From assembly GCF_006345805.1 (NCBI RefSeq), contig NC_043003.1:54560001-54624000 (forward strand): a stretch of 64,000 nucleotides of DNA, written 5' to 3'. Position numbers and translations under genes: made by a program. The notes below the pieces were generated by a model. That model saw only the letters and a list, made by a program, of their open reading frames with translations, was not told the DNA's origin and searched no databases. The stretch's first letter is position 1. Each line of letters opens with the position of its first letter. Source of the stretch: Octopus sinensis. Its lineage: Eukaryota. Of this stretch, positions 27,601 through 41,591 are shown piece after piece.

Positions 27601-30600
27601 TACACTCAGCTGTTCTTCACAATAATATGGATATTCCAATTCTAATACTCAGCTCCTGTTAGCAACAACATGGAAATTACTTCACGCACTCAGCTTTGTT
27701 CACAATCACATTGAGAATACCCCAACAATAACGCCCAGCTGCTCTTGTCAGTAATGTAAAGACTATTACTTACACCACCATCCAAATATATGCCCTAATA
27801 GCGCGGGGGCAATAAACACTCAGCTCCAAAGATTATGCATGACGGCCAGCGTCTCTGAAGAACAACAATGACTTATTTCTTAAAACAGCCAGCGTTAGAG
27901 AAATTTAGCATGGCAAACTATAAATCATCCTTTCTAAATACTATTTCCTAGTATTTTCAACACCGATCTCCTCCAGGATGCAGTCACTTTATGAACCAGC
28001 TATTAAGGAACTTTGGAAAACAACGCACGCCCCCAATGACAAAATTGATACGTTTGAAGAACCAGGATTGGGCTTCCAACATCATGAGGAAAATTTATGA
28101 AACCAGCTTCCATCAGCATCAACAGCAACTAAATATATATATAGCTACCATGTGTTTGAAAAAAACTGATTTGCTCTATAATATCCAGCTTAGTGAATTA
28201 ACATCAATGCATTGGAACAGCGATTCTAATCTCAATACTACATTTGAGTTAAGCACTCCGTTCTCATCTTAAATATACAATAACGATAACAACAATCAAA
28301 TCCAGATCTGTTTTACAGTAGACATAACAACAACCAAGTCGAAATAAAAAATTTTACAGTCGCGATAACAACAACCAAGTCAAGATCTGTTTTGCAGAAG
28401 AGGTAACAACAACCAGGTCGAGATCTCAGATTTACAGCAGCGACAATAACAATCTTCTGAAATCATTAATGCAGTAGAGACTATATATTAACTAGATTAA
28501 AGTAACACAGTGAACACTGTGTAACAGGCAGCCCACCGCCATAAATACACTGTATATAGTAATACCTCCATTTTGTGACCAACAAAACACTGTGGTTTCA
28601 ATAACATTCATCACGTGATCATTAAATTGTAGAGTCTATAACATATAATACGTGACCAAAACTACATTGTAGAGACTATAACACCCACCTTGTGATCATA
28701 ATTGCATTGTAGAGACAATAACATCTTTCGTGATCACACCTACCTTGTAGAAACTATAGCATCTATCACGTGATTATAATTGTTTCTAGAATTGTTTACC
28801 ATATTCTACAATCTGTGAAAGTTATTCCGTGAAGGTAACCACACTGTAACGACTCGAACATCTATTTCCGGATCATAACTACGTGGTAAAGATTATAACA
28901 CACACCTTCTGATCATATGTACATTGTAGAGTTTGCAACATCCATTTCGGGATCATAACTACACTGTAAATACTATAACATCATTTCGAGATCATTACTG
29001 CATTGCAGAGACTATAACATCATTTCGTGATCATTACTGTAATGTAAAGACTATAACATCATTTCGTGATCATTACTGCATTGCTCAAACCATAACATCA
29101 TTTCGTGATCTTAACTACAGTGTACAGAATATAATATCATTTCGTGATCTTAACTACATTGTACAGACTATGACATCATTTCATGACCATAATTAATTGT
29201 AGAACCTTTACCATCCTTCCTGTAATCTTAACATTGTAGTGACTATAAAATCTGTCTTGTGATCATACTACATTGTGGACATTCTAACATCAATTAGTTG
29301 GCCATAACTACATTCTGGAGAATATAACATCAATCTTTTGATTACAACTACCTAGTAGACATTTTGGTATTCATCTCCTGCAGTACATGTACATAGATGT
29401 ATATACGTTTGTTATTTGTTGAGTTACTCTAACAATATTGTTAGTTGTTATATTTGTTGAATTTTTTACAATATTGTTATTTGATTTGTAACTCCAAATT
29501 TCTTTCTTTTACTATTTTCAACTTTGTTAATTCTTGTTCTGAATTAAAAATTTTTTAATAAATTTCTCGTTTTGAGATTATATTTTTTGTGAAATTATAC
29601 TAACCTTTTCTTGTAAAATGTCGATGGTATATGGCATCAACGTCAGCATATTTTCTTATGATTTGACTTTTGACGAAGTAAGAACAGGCGGCAGCCGTCT
29701 TCACTGATTTTAGCCTTTCATTTGATATTTCACAGCAAAGACATTTTTTTACGTCTTTATGGTTATATATATATATACTCATCTAAAGACATAAGTATAT
29801 TCTTGTAGTTGACGCGAATGTACAGGAGTAAGCAATTAAATAGAAAGAATATTAATTTTTAAAAGTTTGTGTATATATATGTGTGTATGTGTGCATGTGT
29901 GTGTATGAATACATATATATGTATATACACATATAGAGAGTGCGCGTAAACGAAAGAAAGTGAGAGGGGACAGAAAGCTAACTCGAAGACATCTTCCTAG
30001 TCTGGCACTTTTGAATCTATGAAAAAAATCTGTTATCTTATTTCATTCTATATAGAGTTCCGAAATTCTCCTTTATCTAGATTAAACAACAAACCAGAAA
30101 AAAAAGACGAAAATATGTGTATAGGTGCATGAGTGGCTCTGTGGTAAGTAGCTGCATACCAACCTCATGGTTCAGTGTTGAGACCCACTGCGTGGCACAT
30201 TCGGCAAGTGTTTTCTACGATAGCCTCGTGCCAACCAGAGCCTTGTGAGTGGATTTGGTAGACGGAAACAAGCCTGTCGTATATATATATATATATATAA
30301 TGTATGTATGTGTGCCTTTATGTTTATATATCTGTGTTTGCTCCCCCCCCCCAACATCACCTGACAACCGATGTTGGTGAGTTTACGTCCCCGCAATCTA
30401 GCAGTTTGGTAAAAAGAGACCGATAGAATAACCACTAGGCTTACAAAGAAATGATCCTGGGGTCGATTTGTTCGACTAAAGGCGGTGCACCAGCATGGCT
30501 GCATTCAAATAACTCAAACAAATAAAAGAATAAAAAAGGGGTAGAAGCCCGAATTCCGAATCCTTATCTCTACGTTGAGTGAACGTTTTAATTGGCTTCT

Positions 30601-31734
30601 AATGTTTTAGTTGATAGCTAAGTGTAATAAGGCGGCGAGCTGCCAGAGACTTTAGCACGCCGGGCAAAATGCTTAGCAATATTTCATCTGTCTTTACGTT
30701 CTCAGTTCAAATTCCGCCGAGGTTGACTTTGCCTTTCCTCCTTTCGGGGTCTATAAACTAAGTACCACTACGTACTGGGTTCAATCTTATCGACTGGCCC
30801 CTCCCCCCAAAAATATCGAGCCTTGTTCCTAGAGTAGAAAAGATAGCTTAGTGTGAAAGCATTCAATTTTATTTGCGTACAAATGTGAAGAACTTGAAAG
30901 ATAGCTTTGATGGAATTATCTGTGTAAGATATTACGTTTTATTAGGTTGTCCGGAAAGTTCGTGCCGATGTTTAAAGGAAAGAAAAAGGTCAATAAATAC
31001 TTGACATTACATTTTAATCAACCAAATATGAACCATATTGTGGCTCAATGCGACTCCATTTTTCCTTTAATTTGAAAACACCCTCTTCCCCAGAATTGAG
31101 ATGGTTCAAAGGGTTACAGAATTAACATAGGTTATAAGAACGTAAAACTTCTTCCACGAAAAGATAGCTTAAACTGTGTTCTAAATGGAGGTGCAGTCAA
31201 ATCCTATTTTATGGACACAAACATGTTCTAAAATAAGTCGAAATATAAGCTACTATAAATCAGCACGAACTTTTCGAACAACCCAATATATCAGCATGTT
31301 CAATCCCAATTCAAAAATGCTTCGCGGCAAAGCACTTGCCAATATTATGTACATAAATTTTAAAGACAAAGTTTTCCATAAATCAGCGGATAGCACTGAT
31401 AATGGTCTGATAAGTAATGTATACCACTTAGAACTCATCTTCAGTCAGGTCATTGCATAGAACAGTATTCAAAATGCATGTTTATAAACATGACTTCGTT
31501 AGGGAGTTCAGATATTCATGAAAGGAAATTGCTCGGTGGTAAAATTGCATAAGTGATAACATTACGGAAAATACAGCAAGGATTCTAACACGGCTATCAA
31601 GTGCAAGGAATCTCCATCTCTTGGGAGAATACAAGTGACGGTAATTGCTGCAACGGATGTCAATAATTTGAGAGAGAGAGAGAGAGAGTATGATGTTGTG
31701 CTCTCTAGTATGTCATTGATGGAAATATATTTCA
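19121..31734 (+). repeat. Segmental/tandem duplication, copy 2
   Basis: Begins aagattgggtacacg like copy 1 and ends ggaaatatatttca. All features listed for 1926-14505 recur here. Confidence 0.97.
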
Positions 31735-32002
31735 CAGTTGTACCGTGTAATTCTACAATATAGTGCTATTATGCACCCCCTCCATACTGCAATAGCAAAA
31801 GCCCAACTATGCATACATGTTGTAATTTGATACATCTTTCCTAGAATAGGTTTAATATCAAAATAAATTCTCCTGTCGAAGAATACACACACACGCATAC
31901 ATACATAGATATTATACATATGTGCATATACATATATATATATAATATATATATATATAGACGCACATGCGTATACAACATCATATATATATAAATATGC
32001 AC

Positions 32003-32067
<65 letters not shown>

Positions 32068-33418
32068 AGATATATACAGATATACACACACACAAACGTG
32101 TATATATCTGCGTGAATGTTATATGTGAGGGTAAGTATAGAATGAGAGAACGCAATGAATGGGGACCCACATGTATGTATGTAGGTAGGTAGGCAGGTAG
32201 GTAGATAAATAGACAGATAGATATAATTAAAAAGATAGACAAGGATACTGATAGACAGACTGACAAACATACACAAAAAAGATATGAGAGAGAAAGAAAG
32301 GGAGTAGAGGTTGAGAGAGAATAACATCGGCGCATAGGGGATAGTGAAGAATTTTGAAATAATAGATTTGTGGGAATTGTTATGTTATGGATAATGAATT
32401 CAAATACTTGCAATATTTTTCGAAGCGTTTCAACAAAGATTTTGAATTTACAAACGGAAGAGAAAAAAGGTACTCAATACATATAATTGAATTTATTAAT
32501 ATATATTCATAGCTGAGCCATCCCTCCATCATTTCTCTCCATTTCCTTGATTTTGTTTAGAATAAATGAATATATACGTAGTTGCTTCAGGCAACCTTAC
32601 AGAAAAAGCCCAGGGTTACGCAATATTTCTATAAAAATGTTAACACAGGTTAACAATCATAGTAGAGAAAAAAAGCTTCTATGAAGGCAGCATTAGCGTG
32701 AAATTATTTTAATGGAAGTTTTGTAGGAAAAAAAAATGCCTTGCAATGTTATCAATAAGAATAGAATATATATTTTTTCTTTGACGTTTCTAATCCAACA
32801 TTTATATTTGTAATTTTGTTTCCATTCTTTCACTACAAACATCAGAAAAACTAGTATGGCATATTCTTGGAAGTCCATCGCGTGATACTTGCAAACTGAA
32901 CTTCTGATGGAATAATTTTATGGCCATTAAAATTGAAATATTCCATTTCTTCTCTTTCGATTTTTGGCTTCAAGTGGGTGATAGAATATTTTATAATGAA
33001 CTTAGATTGTTTTTAAGCTTTCTTCTTGATTTTCGCACCGTATATCTTTTGTTTCTTTTCATTTCTATGAGAGAGATCACCTCACTTCGCCACTCTCTTT
33101 TCCTGACATTATTTCCTTTTCATTTACCCACTTTTCCATTCTCTATTCTTTACCATCTTCCATTTTGTTATTCTCTGTTTGTTGTTTGATGTCTCCTTTA
33201 CTTTAGTGATGTCAATAATATTTTCCGAAAATGATTTTTAACGAAATGTATACTTGCTTAGACATTCATACTTACATACTGATACAACCCATTATATATA
33301 TACACACGTATGTACATATATATACATACATATATACATAGTTACATATACACGCACATATATACACACACAAATATATAAATATCAATATATATATATA
33401 TACATGTATATATATATA

Positions 33419-33449
<31 letters not shown>

Positions 33450-33593
33450 CTTACAGACAGATACATATCATATACAAACATATATTTGCTTATATACATA
33501 CATATTATATATATATATATATCTGTATGTATATATACATACGCACATACGCACATACGCACACAAACATATATATACATCTAATTATGTTTC

Positions 33594-33641
<48 letters not shown>

Positions 33642-33857
33642 TATATATTTATATATATATAGTTATAGATATTTATATATATATATATAATGTGTGTAGA
33701 AAGAGAGAGAGAGAGAGGGGGAGAGAAGAAGGAGAGAGGGAAATAAAGAGAAAGATTTCTGTTCGTAAGTATGAATGTGTTTCTTAATTTATACATTCAT
33801 TTATGGTGTGTACGCATAAAAATGTATTAGAAATCATAATTGTATCTCTCTATTTAC

Positions 33858-33928
<71 letters not shown>

Positions 33929-33994
33929 AATGTTTGCCTGTCAATCTAATATCAATACATACATACGTATACATACACACAAACATATATCCTT

Positions 33995-34049
<55 letters not shown>

Positions 34050-34127
34050 GATATATATATGTATATATATATGTATATATATATGTATATATATATGTAT
34101 ATATATATGTATATGTATACATATATG

Positions 34128-34160
<33 letters not shown>

Positions 34161-34368
34161 GTACATACACTCATACATATACATATACCTGCATATATGC
34201 GTGTGCTTGCATTTCGGTGCAAGCATACGTGTATATTGAACCTTCTCATTGTGTATGTATGTATGTATGCATATCTATACATGCATAACATACACATATA
34301 TACATGCATATATGCATATACATTCACAGCAAAAAGAAAAAAAGAGGGAGAAAGAGAGACAGCCGGAA

Positions 34369-34435
<67 letters not shown>

Positions 34436-35217
34436 GATAATCAAAGGCATTGATTCGCTTGAGGATTATTAGTGTCTTTGTATTTTGACAGAAATATTTT
34501 CATTATTTTCACTGTTCGTCGTCTGATGCAATGTATCAGCTCAAATATCTTCATCCACAATTTGTGGTGATCATTACGTTGTGTGTACAGTTTTATAGAT
34601 AGGAAGTCTGTGGAAATACAGCACATGAGCCCGAGTCACAATAAATGTAAATTTTGTAATATTTGAAAAGTTCAATATGGATCGTTAAAACAAGTCACTG
34701 GAATCATCCGTGTGCTATCCTAAAAGAAGCTATGAGCTGGTACCTCAGCCGTGAGCGATATCTTTATGCTAAAATGTATGTACAATAAATCGGTTGTACT
34801 TCTGCAAAACAATATATTTTAACAATTTTTTTAAAACAATGCCTAATGATATTTAATTATAAAAATATAATTGGATTTTTTAAATACATAACCTGACTAC
34901 GATATCGTATTTAATTTCTTAAATATGATATATAATACGTAATTTATCTGTAAAAATGTATACATACATATGTGTGTGTATGTACGTGTATGTGTATTAA
35001 TGTATGCGCGCATGTGCGTGCGTATGTGTGTGTGTGCGCGTGTCTGTGTTTGTATAGGTGTGTGTAACGTTTTAGTGCTTATTTACTTTATACTAGGCAA
35101 GTTTCTAATTCTCTCATCTTTTATAGCATTAACATTGAGAGAACAATCGTAGCTCGCGCACAAACATCTAATTCAGTTGGATTTCTTTTTTACCCAATTT
35201 TTACGATCCATTTAGAG

Positions 35218-35450
35218 CAGTCATTCTCAACCATCTTTTAAAAACTTTGAACTCCTTTGATTCCTATTGTACTCGGGGTAGGGGTTCTACATAGTAATTC
35301 TATGTTTTAAACACATCATATATTTTTATAATTAAATATAATTAGGCATTGTTTAAAAAAGAATTTGAGAAGTATAAGCAATTTATTGTACATACTTTTT
35401 AGTAGCAAAATCTTATGTGGACCCTCCAATGGCCATATGGATCACATATG
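35218..35450. mobile_element. hAT/Charlie-like MITE remnant
   Basis: Starts cagtcattctcaacc. 8-bp TSD atttagag at 35210-35217 and 35451-35458. The right TIR is eroded. Confidence 0.65.
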
Positions 35451-35971
35451 ATTTAGAGCGAAAGACAATGCTGCATATATTATGAAACCAGGTAAAATAT
35501 ACTTTCGGCAAAAACTTTGCCGGGATGAACAATCAGGTCTCACCATTTTGTTTCGGTATCTACTATGTGTCCACTTTGTTATCTGACCTCGTTGGGTTAT
35601 GAATTTAAGTTCTCATAAAATTAAATTCATGAGTAAAAGTACAAGGCTGTATAGGATTGACGGTTGGAACATATTGCAGCACCTCAGTAATCCTATTGTA
35701 ATAAAGTCAAAAAATCAACCGTTATTTATAATGATAGTGCCCTAAAATGATGAGAATTAGATGACTATAGAAAATTTCTAACATGTTACGATACTTCACA
35801 TAATTTTCAAAGATCAGGTCAGTGGTATTAAAGGAAGAATATTTAACCTGTTGCCTAACATTGGTATCTCCGTGAAGCTTCGTCATCCTACAAGCAAACA
35901 TAATGATACAGTTGAATATCATGCCACTGTCACAAACAAACATAGATGATGCACTATCGTATGCTTCAAAA

Positions 35972-36770
35972 GGCGGTGAGCTGGCAGAAACGTTAGCACG
36001 CCGGGCGAAATGCGTAGCCGTATTTCGTCTGCCGCTGCGTTCTGAGTTCAAATTCCGCCGAAGTCAACTTTGACTTTCATCCTTTCGGGGTCGATAAATT
36101 AAGTACCATTTGCGTACTGGGGTCGATCTAATCGACTACCCACCTCCCAAATTGTTGGGCCTTGTGCCTAGAGTAGAAAAGAATATCATAAAGCGGCGAG
36201 CTGTCAGAAACGTTAGCACGCCGGGCGAAATGCTTAGCGGTATTTCGTCTGCCGCTACGTTCTGAGTTCAAATTCCGCCGAGGTCGACTTTGCCTTTCAA
36301 CCTTTCGGGGTCGATAAATTAAATACCAGTTACGCACTGGGGTCCATGTAATCGACTTAATCCGTTTGTTTGTCCCCTCTGTGTTTAGCCCTTTGTGGGT
36401 AGTAAAGAAATAGGTATTTCGTCTGCCGCTACGTTCTGAGTTCAAATTCCGCCGGGGTCGACTTTGCCTTTCAACCTTTCGGGGTCGATTAAATAAGTAC
36501 CAGTTACGCACTGGGGTCGATATAATCGATTTAACCTGTTGGTCTGTCCTTATTTGTCCCTTCTGTGTTTAGCCCCTTGTGGGTAGTAAAGAAATAGGTA
36601 TTTCGTCTGTCTTTATGTTCTGATTTCAAATTCCGCCGAGGTCGACTTTGCATTTCATACTTTCGGGGTCGATAAATTAAGTACCATTTGCGTTCTGATA
36701 GTGGATCTAATTGACTGGCCCCATTCCCTAAAATGTCTGTCCTTGTGCCTAGAGTAGAAAAGAATATCAT
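35972..36770 (+). mobile_element. Head-to-tail array of four Meta-type SINE units (two with heads, two 5'-truncated)
   Basis: Heads at 35972 and 36192. Units restart at ggtatttcgtctg (about 36413 and 36597). Two alternative tails are present. Confidence 0.88.
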
Positions 36771-36771
36771 A

Positions 36772-36922
36772 GGCGCAAGAGTGGCTGTGTGGTACATGGT
36801 TCCGGGTTCAGTCCCACTGCGTGGCATCTTGGGCAAGTGTCTTCTGCTATAGCCCCGGGCCGACCAATGTCTTGTGAGTGGATTTGGTAGACGGAAACTG
36901 AAAGAAGCCTGTCGTATATATG

Positions 36923-36955
<33 letters not shown>

Positions 36956-37170
36956 GTTTGTGTGTCTGTGTTTGTCCCCCAAGCATTGCTTGACAACCGA
37001 TGCTGGTGTGTTTACGTCCCCGTCACTTAGCGGTTCGGCAAAAGAGACCGATAGAATAAGTACCGGGCTTACAAAGAATAAGTCCCGGGGTCGATTTGCT
37101 CGACTAAAGGCTGTGCTCCAGCATGGCCGCAGTCAAATGACTGAAACAAGTAAAAGAGTAAAAGAGTAAA
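36772..37170 (+). mobile_element. CORE-type composite SINE
   Basis: Head (with a small deletion), TA/TG microsatellite, (gtaaaaga)n tail. Confidence 0.9.
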
Positions 37171-37424
37171 CAGTATGCTTTAAACTTCTCGTTCAAAGCT
37201 AAATGTAATGCGGAAATTTATAATTATTTTCTTCGATAAATGAGCATTGGAGCATTATCCATTTTCAAGTCAAAGAAAAATATTCGATGAAAATATATTA
37301 AAGCTAAATTAAGATTATGCCAAAAAAGTGAGAAAACTTAATTACATACTGGTCAAGGGAGTAAAACGATAGTGATGAAGTTCTGTAGAAAGAAATTCAT
37401 GCATAATTACTTCATACATATTTA

Positions 37425-37697
37425 TTATAGCGGCTGTGTGATCTGTTCTTAAGCAAGATACTTTATTTCACATTGCTCCAGTTAACTCAGCTATAGAAAT
37501 GAGTTGTGAGGTCACTGGTGCCAAGCTATATCAGTCTTTGCCTTTCCCTTGGATAACATCGCTGGTATCGAGAGGGGAGGCTTGTATGCATAGATCACTG
37601 CTAGTCTTCTATAAACATGCTTGCCCGTACTTGTGTCTCGGATGGTAAGTTTGTAGGTGAAATCCCATGGTCGTTACTGACCGAAATGGGATTTTTA
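37425..37697 (+). mobile_element. Diverged CORE-domain SINE of a further family
   Basis: ttcttaagcaagatactttatttcacattgctccagttaactcagct..aaatgagt CORE-like segment followed by a distinct tail. Confidence 0.55.
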
Positions 37698-37729
<32 letters not shown>

Positions 37730-39397
37730 ACACATACCCCCACAAACACACACACACACAAAACGCGCACACACACATACATACACACACATACATACAC
37801 ACACACACATACATACACACACACATACATACACACACATACATACACACACACATACATACACACACACATACATACACATACACATAGGGTTGCTGTA
37901 GCAAATACAATTTTCGGGACAATAGTTTATTGAGACGGAAGGTTGTGTATATCATACTTCGATACAAAAATATCCACTATCTCCAGTTTCAATAAACCAC
38001 TATTGTCCCTGAAAGATGTTCTTTTTTCTATTTACTACGGATTGCTTGAAGCTTTCTTCCTCCACCTCGATCCTTGGATATTATATATAAAATATATATA
38101 TATATATAAATATATATATATATATGAGTGTATGTGTCCTGTTTCAGCAAAGCCTGATCCATTAGAATTCTGTTCTCGTATGCCATCCACCTGTCTGTTG
38201 TAAGAAATTGTTGAATTTAATTGTGTCGTCTCTGATATTGGCATTGATTTCCTCCCTATGCGACACTCGAGTTTCATGTCAAAGAACCCATCACTCAACA
38301 CTAGATTTGTAGCTTTCAATCAGCGCACATTGTTTTGTGCTGACAGAGCTCATTCTCTGTCCCGTTCTCTTCTTCCGGCATGTCCCAGCTTTCGGATTTA
38401 TCTCATGCAGTCTTCTTTCTATACACCAATGTTCTCCTAGCCATCGCATATAACTGTTATATTTTTTGTTTATTTACAAAGAATCGAGTAATAATCCAGA
38501 TAGGAGTGTTGTCTGTGGTTCAATATACTTTTCTCGTTTACTCGCAAAGAAGGAAACACAGTGGTACTCCAGATATGTATGAAGTCTGTTTATTCCAACT
38601 GTAAAACACATCGTAAGTACTGGTATTTCTCTTCCAAGCAATAAGATATTAAGAATAACTGAAGTTCCAAAAAGCAAAAAACACTTTAGACAGTGCAACT
38701 GTTGCAAGCATAGATGTCCTAGATTGCATCTAGCAAAGGTCCACTCGACTAATTGGCATAAACCAGTCACAAAAGACTGCAGTCCTCTCCTCATAGGTGT
38801 CTCCTTTCTCTGCCTAGGGTTGGCTGCAGTCATGTCGTTTCCACTTACGCACCCCTACCTTACATATCTCTCCTCCACCTACTATAATTTTGAGTCTAAC
38901 CTTCGAAGTCACATACAAATCACGATGCTCATTCCGCTCTTCTCACAACACGGGCCCGCAAGTGTTCCCACCGGGGTTATATCATTCCAGGGTATTTTGA
39001 CTTAATAATTTTTGAGAGGAGCATTGGTGGCGTCAATCTCAGGGCCTGAAAAACTGATGGACACCGCTTCTTCCACCATAAACGAACAAGTAAAATCTTT
39101 CTGTCTGCCTGTATCTCTGCCTGTCTGCCTGTATCACAGTCACGTTAATCCAACGACATATATATGTACTTACGTACTTTACGTTGAAACATGTATGTAT
39201 ATTATAAATCAGTGTAAGTATGTATGTGTATGCATTTATATATATATATGAGATATGACAAGAGATATGAAAAGACTCGTTTGCTAAATTACGATGGAAA
39301 CAGAGAGGAAAGAAAACTACTTATCGCTTTCAGAAAAATCATGCACAAATGCATACATGCATATGTACATACACGTGTCTCCTCGTCAGTATAATCT

Positions 39398-39435
<38 letters not shown>

Positions 39436-40360
39436 TTCTTGTATGTGTATGCGTGCGTGTGTACGTATGTACATATTCGAAGCTAATGCTTCCCGGGAAG
39501 CTTCAGCTTTGAAGAAATGAATATAAAAATCTAAAGTGTATAAGTAAAACTTTGTAGATTATGTAAATGCATCCATCCATACGTACATAGATACATAGTT
39601 AGAGCCATGCATAGTAACAATATTATGGACATATAACTTTTGTCGGTTTTTCAAAAGTCAAAATCTACCTGCCGGAAAATGTAATACGCTGAAAAGAAAA
39701 TACCGCTAGAAAGACATGGTGATTAAACTCATGGATTATTTTGCATAAATGTCAATACTTTCAAAATAATATACGTTGAGTTGGAGCGTAACTTTGCGAG
39801 AAATATAGATACATAGATTGATTGATCTATAGATAAGAAGAAATTCACTTGCATGCATATATACAGGTACCTGCAAAGATACGTATACATACACATGCAC
39901 ATACAAAGGGAAATAGATCGATAGAATAGCTTTAAACGCATGCACATATCTGTAGGAAAGTACGTATGGTTGCACGCATGTATGGTTGTATTTCTATATA
40001 TGTAGGTATATGTGTGTAGACACAGATACGTACATACACACATACACGCATACGCTCAAAGACACACACATGAATATATACTTATTATGTATATATATAC
40101 CTATATTTATATGCCTATATATATGTGTGTGGGCGTGTGTGTGTATGTGCATACACATGTATGTGCGAGTATATATATATGCATATATATGTATATATAT
40201 ATATATATATACGCATATATATGAATATATATGTAGGTGTATGTATATATATATGTTTGTATATATATTATATATATATATATGCATATATATGTATATA
40301 TATATGTATGTATACATATATGTATATATATGTATACATATATATACATATATATATATA

Positions 40361-40398
<38 letters not shown>

Positions 40399-40976
40399 AG
40401 CACATAGACATATGTATATATATATGCATGCTCACACAAACACACAGACACACATATATAACACACCCACATACACATACACATACACACATGTATATGG
40501 AGGAATTTATATGCATAAATGTATAGTAAATGAAATGGAAGTTGTTAAAATATGTTGTAGTTTATCTTAAAACGTATTACGTTTGATGAAATCGACTTCA
40601 GAATATATTTCGAAATAATACACTTAAGGAAAAAAGCAACCGTGACATACATCATCACCCACAAGTAAATACATATACAATGTGTGTTTACACGACAACA
40701 GGTAATCCTTTCCTTAATCTGTTTAGTTATCTAATCTTAGTTTTCAGCATAAGAGAGTCAGAGAGAAGGGACAATCATCGGAACACATTTCATACTATTC
40801 TAGATTGGTGACATGGATGTTCATTGTGTGAGCATATATTAGGTGAAAGTTGTTTTTGATAATGTTGCTGTTTGCTACAAGATCAGCGTTGATCGTGTAA
40901 AACTATCAAAATCATTCAAGCATTAGATATTCCATTTACTATTCAAATACAGTGTATCGGTAAAAAAAGAAAACAA

Positions 40977-41401
40977 GGCGCAGGATTGGCTGTGTGGTAA
41001 GTAGCTTGCTGACCAACCACATGGTTCCGGGTTCAGTCCCACTGCGTGGCACCTTGGGAAAGTGTCTTCTTCCGCTATAGCCCCGGGCCGACCAATGCCT
41101 TGTGAGTGGAATTGGTAGACGGAAACTGAAAGAAGCCCGTCGTATATATGTATATATATATATATATATATGTGTGTGTGCGTGTATGTTTGTGTGTCTG
41201 TGTTTGTCCACCTAGCATTGCTTGACAACCGATGCTGGTGTGTTTACGTCCCCGTCACTTAGCGGTTCGGCAAAAGAGACCGATAGAATAAGTACTAGGC
41301 TTACAAAGAATAAGTCCCGGGGTCGAGTTGCTCGATTAAAGGCGGTGCTCCAGCATGGCCGCAGTCAAATGACTGAAACAAGTAAAAGAGTAGAAGAGTA
41401 A
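40977..41401 (+). mobile_element. CORE-type composite SINE, full length
   Basis: ggcgcaggattggctgtgtggtaagtagc...ggttccgggttcagtccc head. Complete tail. Confidence 0.92.
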
Positions 41402-41529
41402 GGTAAGAACGTGTCCTTTGTTTATTGAAATTGGCAGCGTGTTGTTTGAACGAGTTTGGGTTGCAATTTCTACCGAATCAAGCGATGGCATAGCGGCAAT
41501 TCTGTTTGCATAAACTGCAAATGTCTGAG

Positions 41530-41591
41530 CGATTCAGGTGTTATACGAATCTTGGATGATCGATTCAGGTGTTTTACAAATCTTGGATGAT
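41530..41591. repeat. 31-bp tandem duplication
   Basis: cgattcaggtgtt(a/t)tac(g/a)aatcttggatgat x2. Confidence 0.9.

Noticed and set aside
36128-36986. Recurrent ORFs such as RLWSARGYSRRHLPKVPRSGTEPG and RPRKVERQSRPRRNLNSE
   Set aside because: Antisense translations of SINEs, not a protein family.
38150-39100. GC-richer unique island with several 60-119-aa ORFs
   Set aside because: No recognisable motif, consistent frame or splice structure; probably an old repeat.
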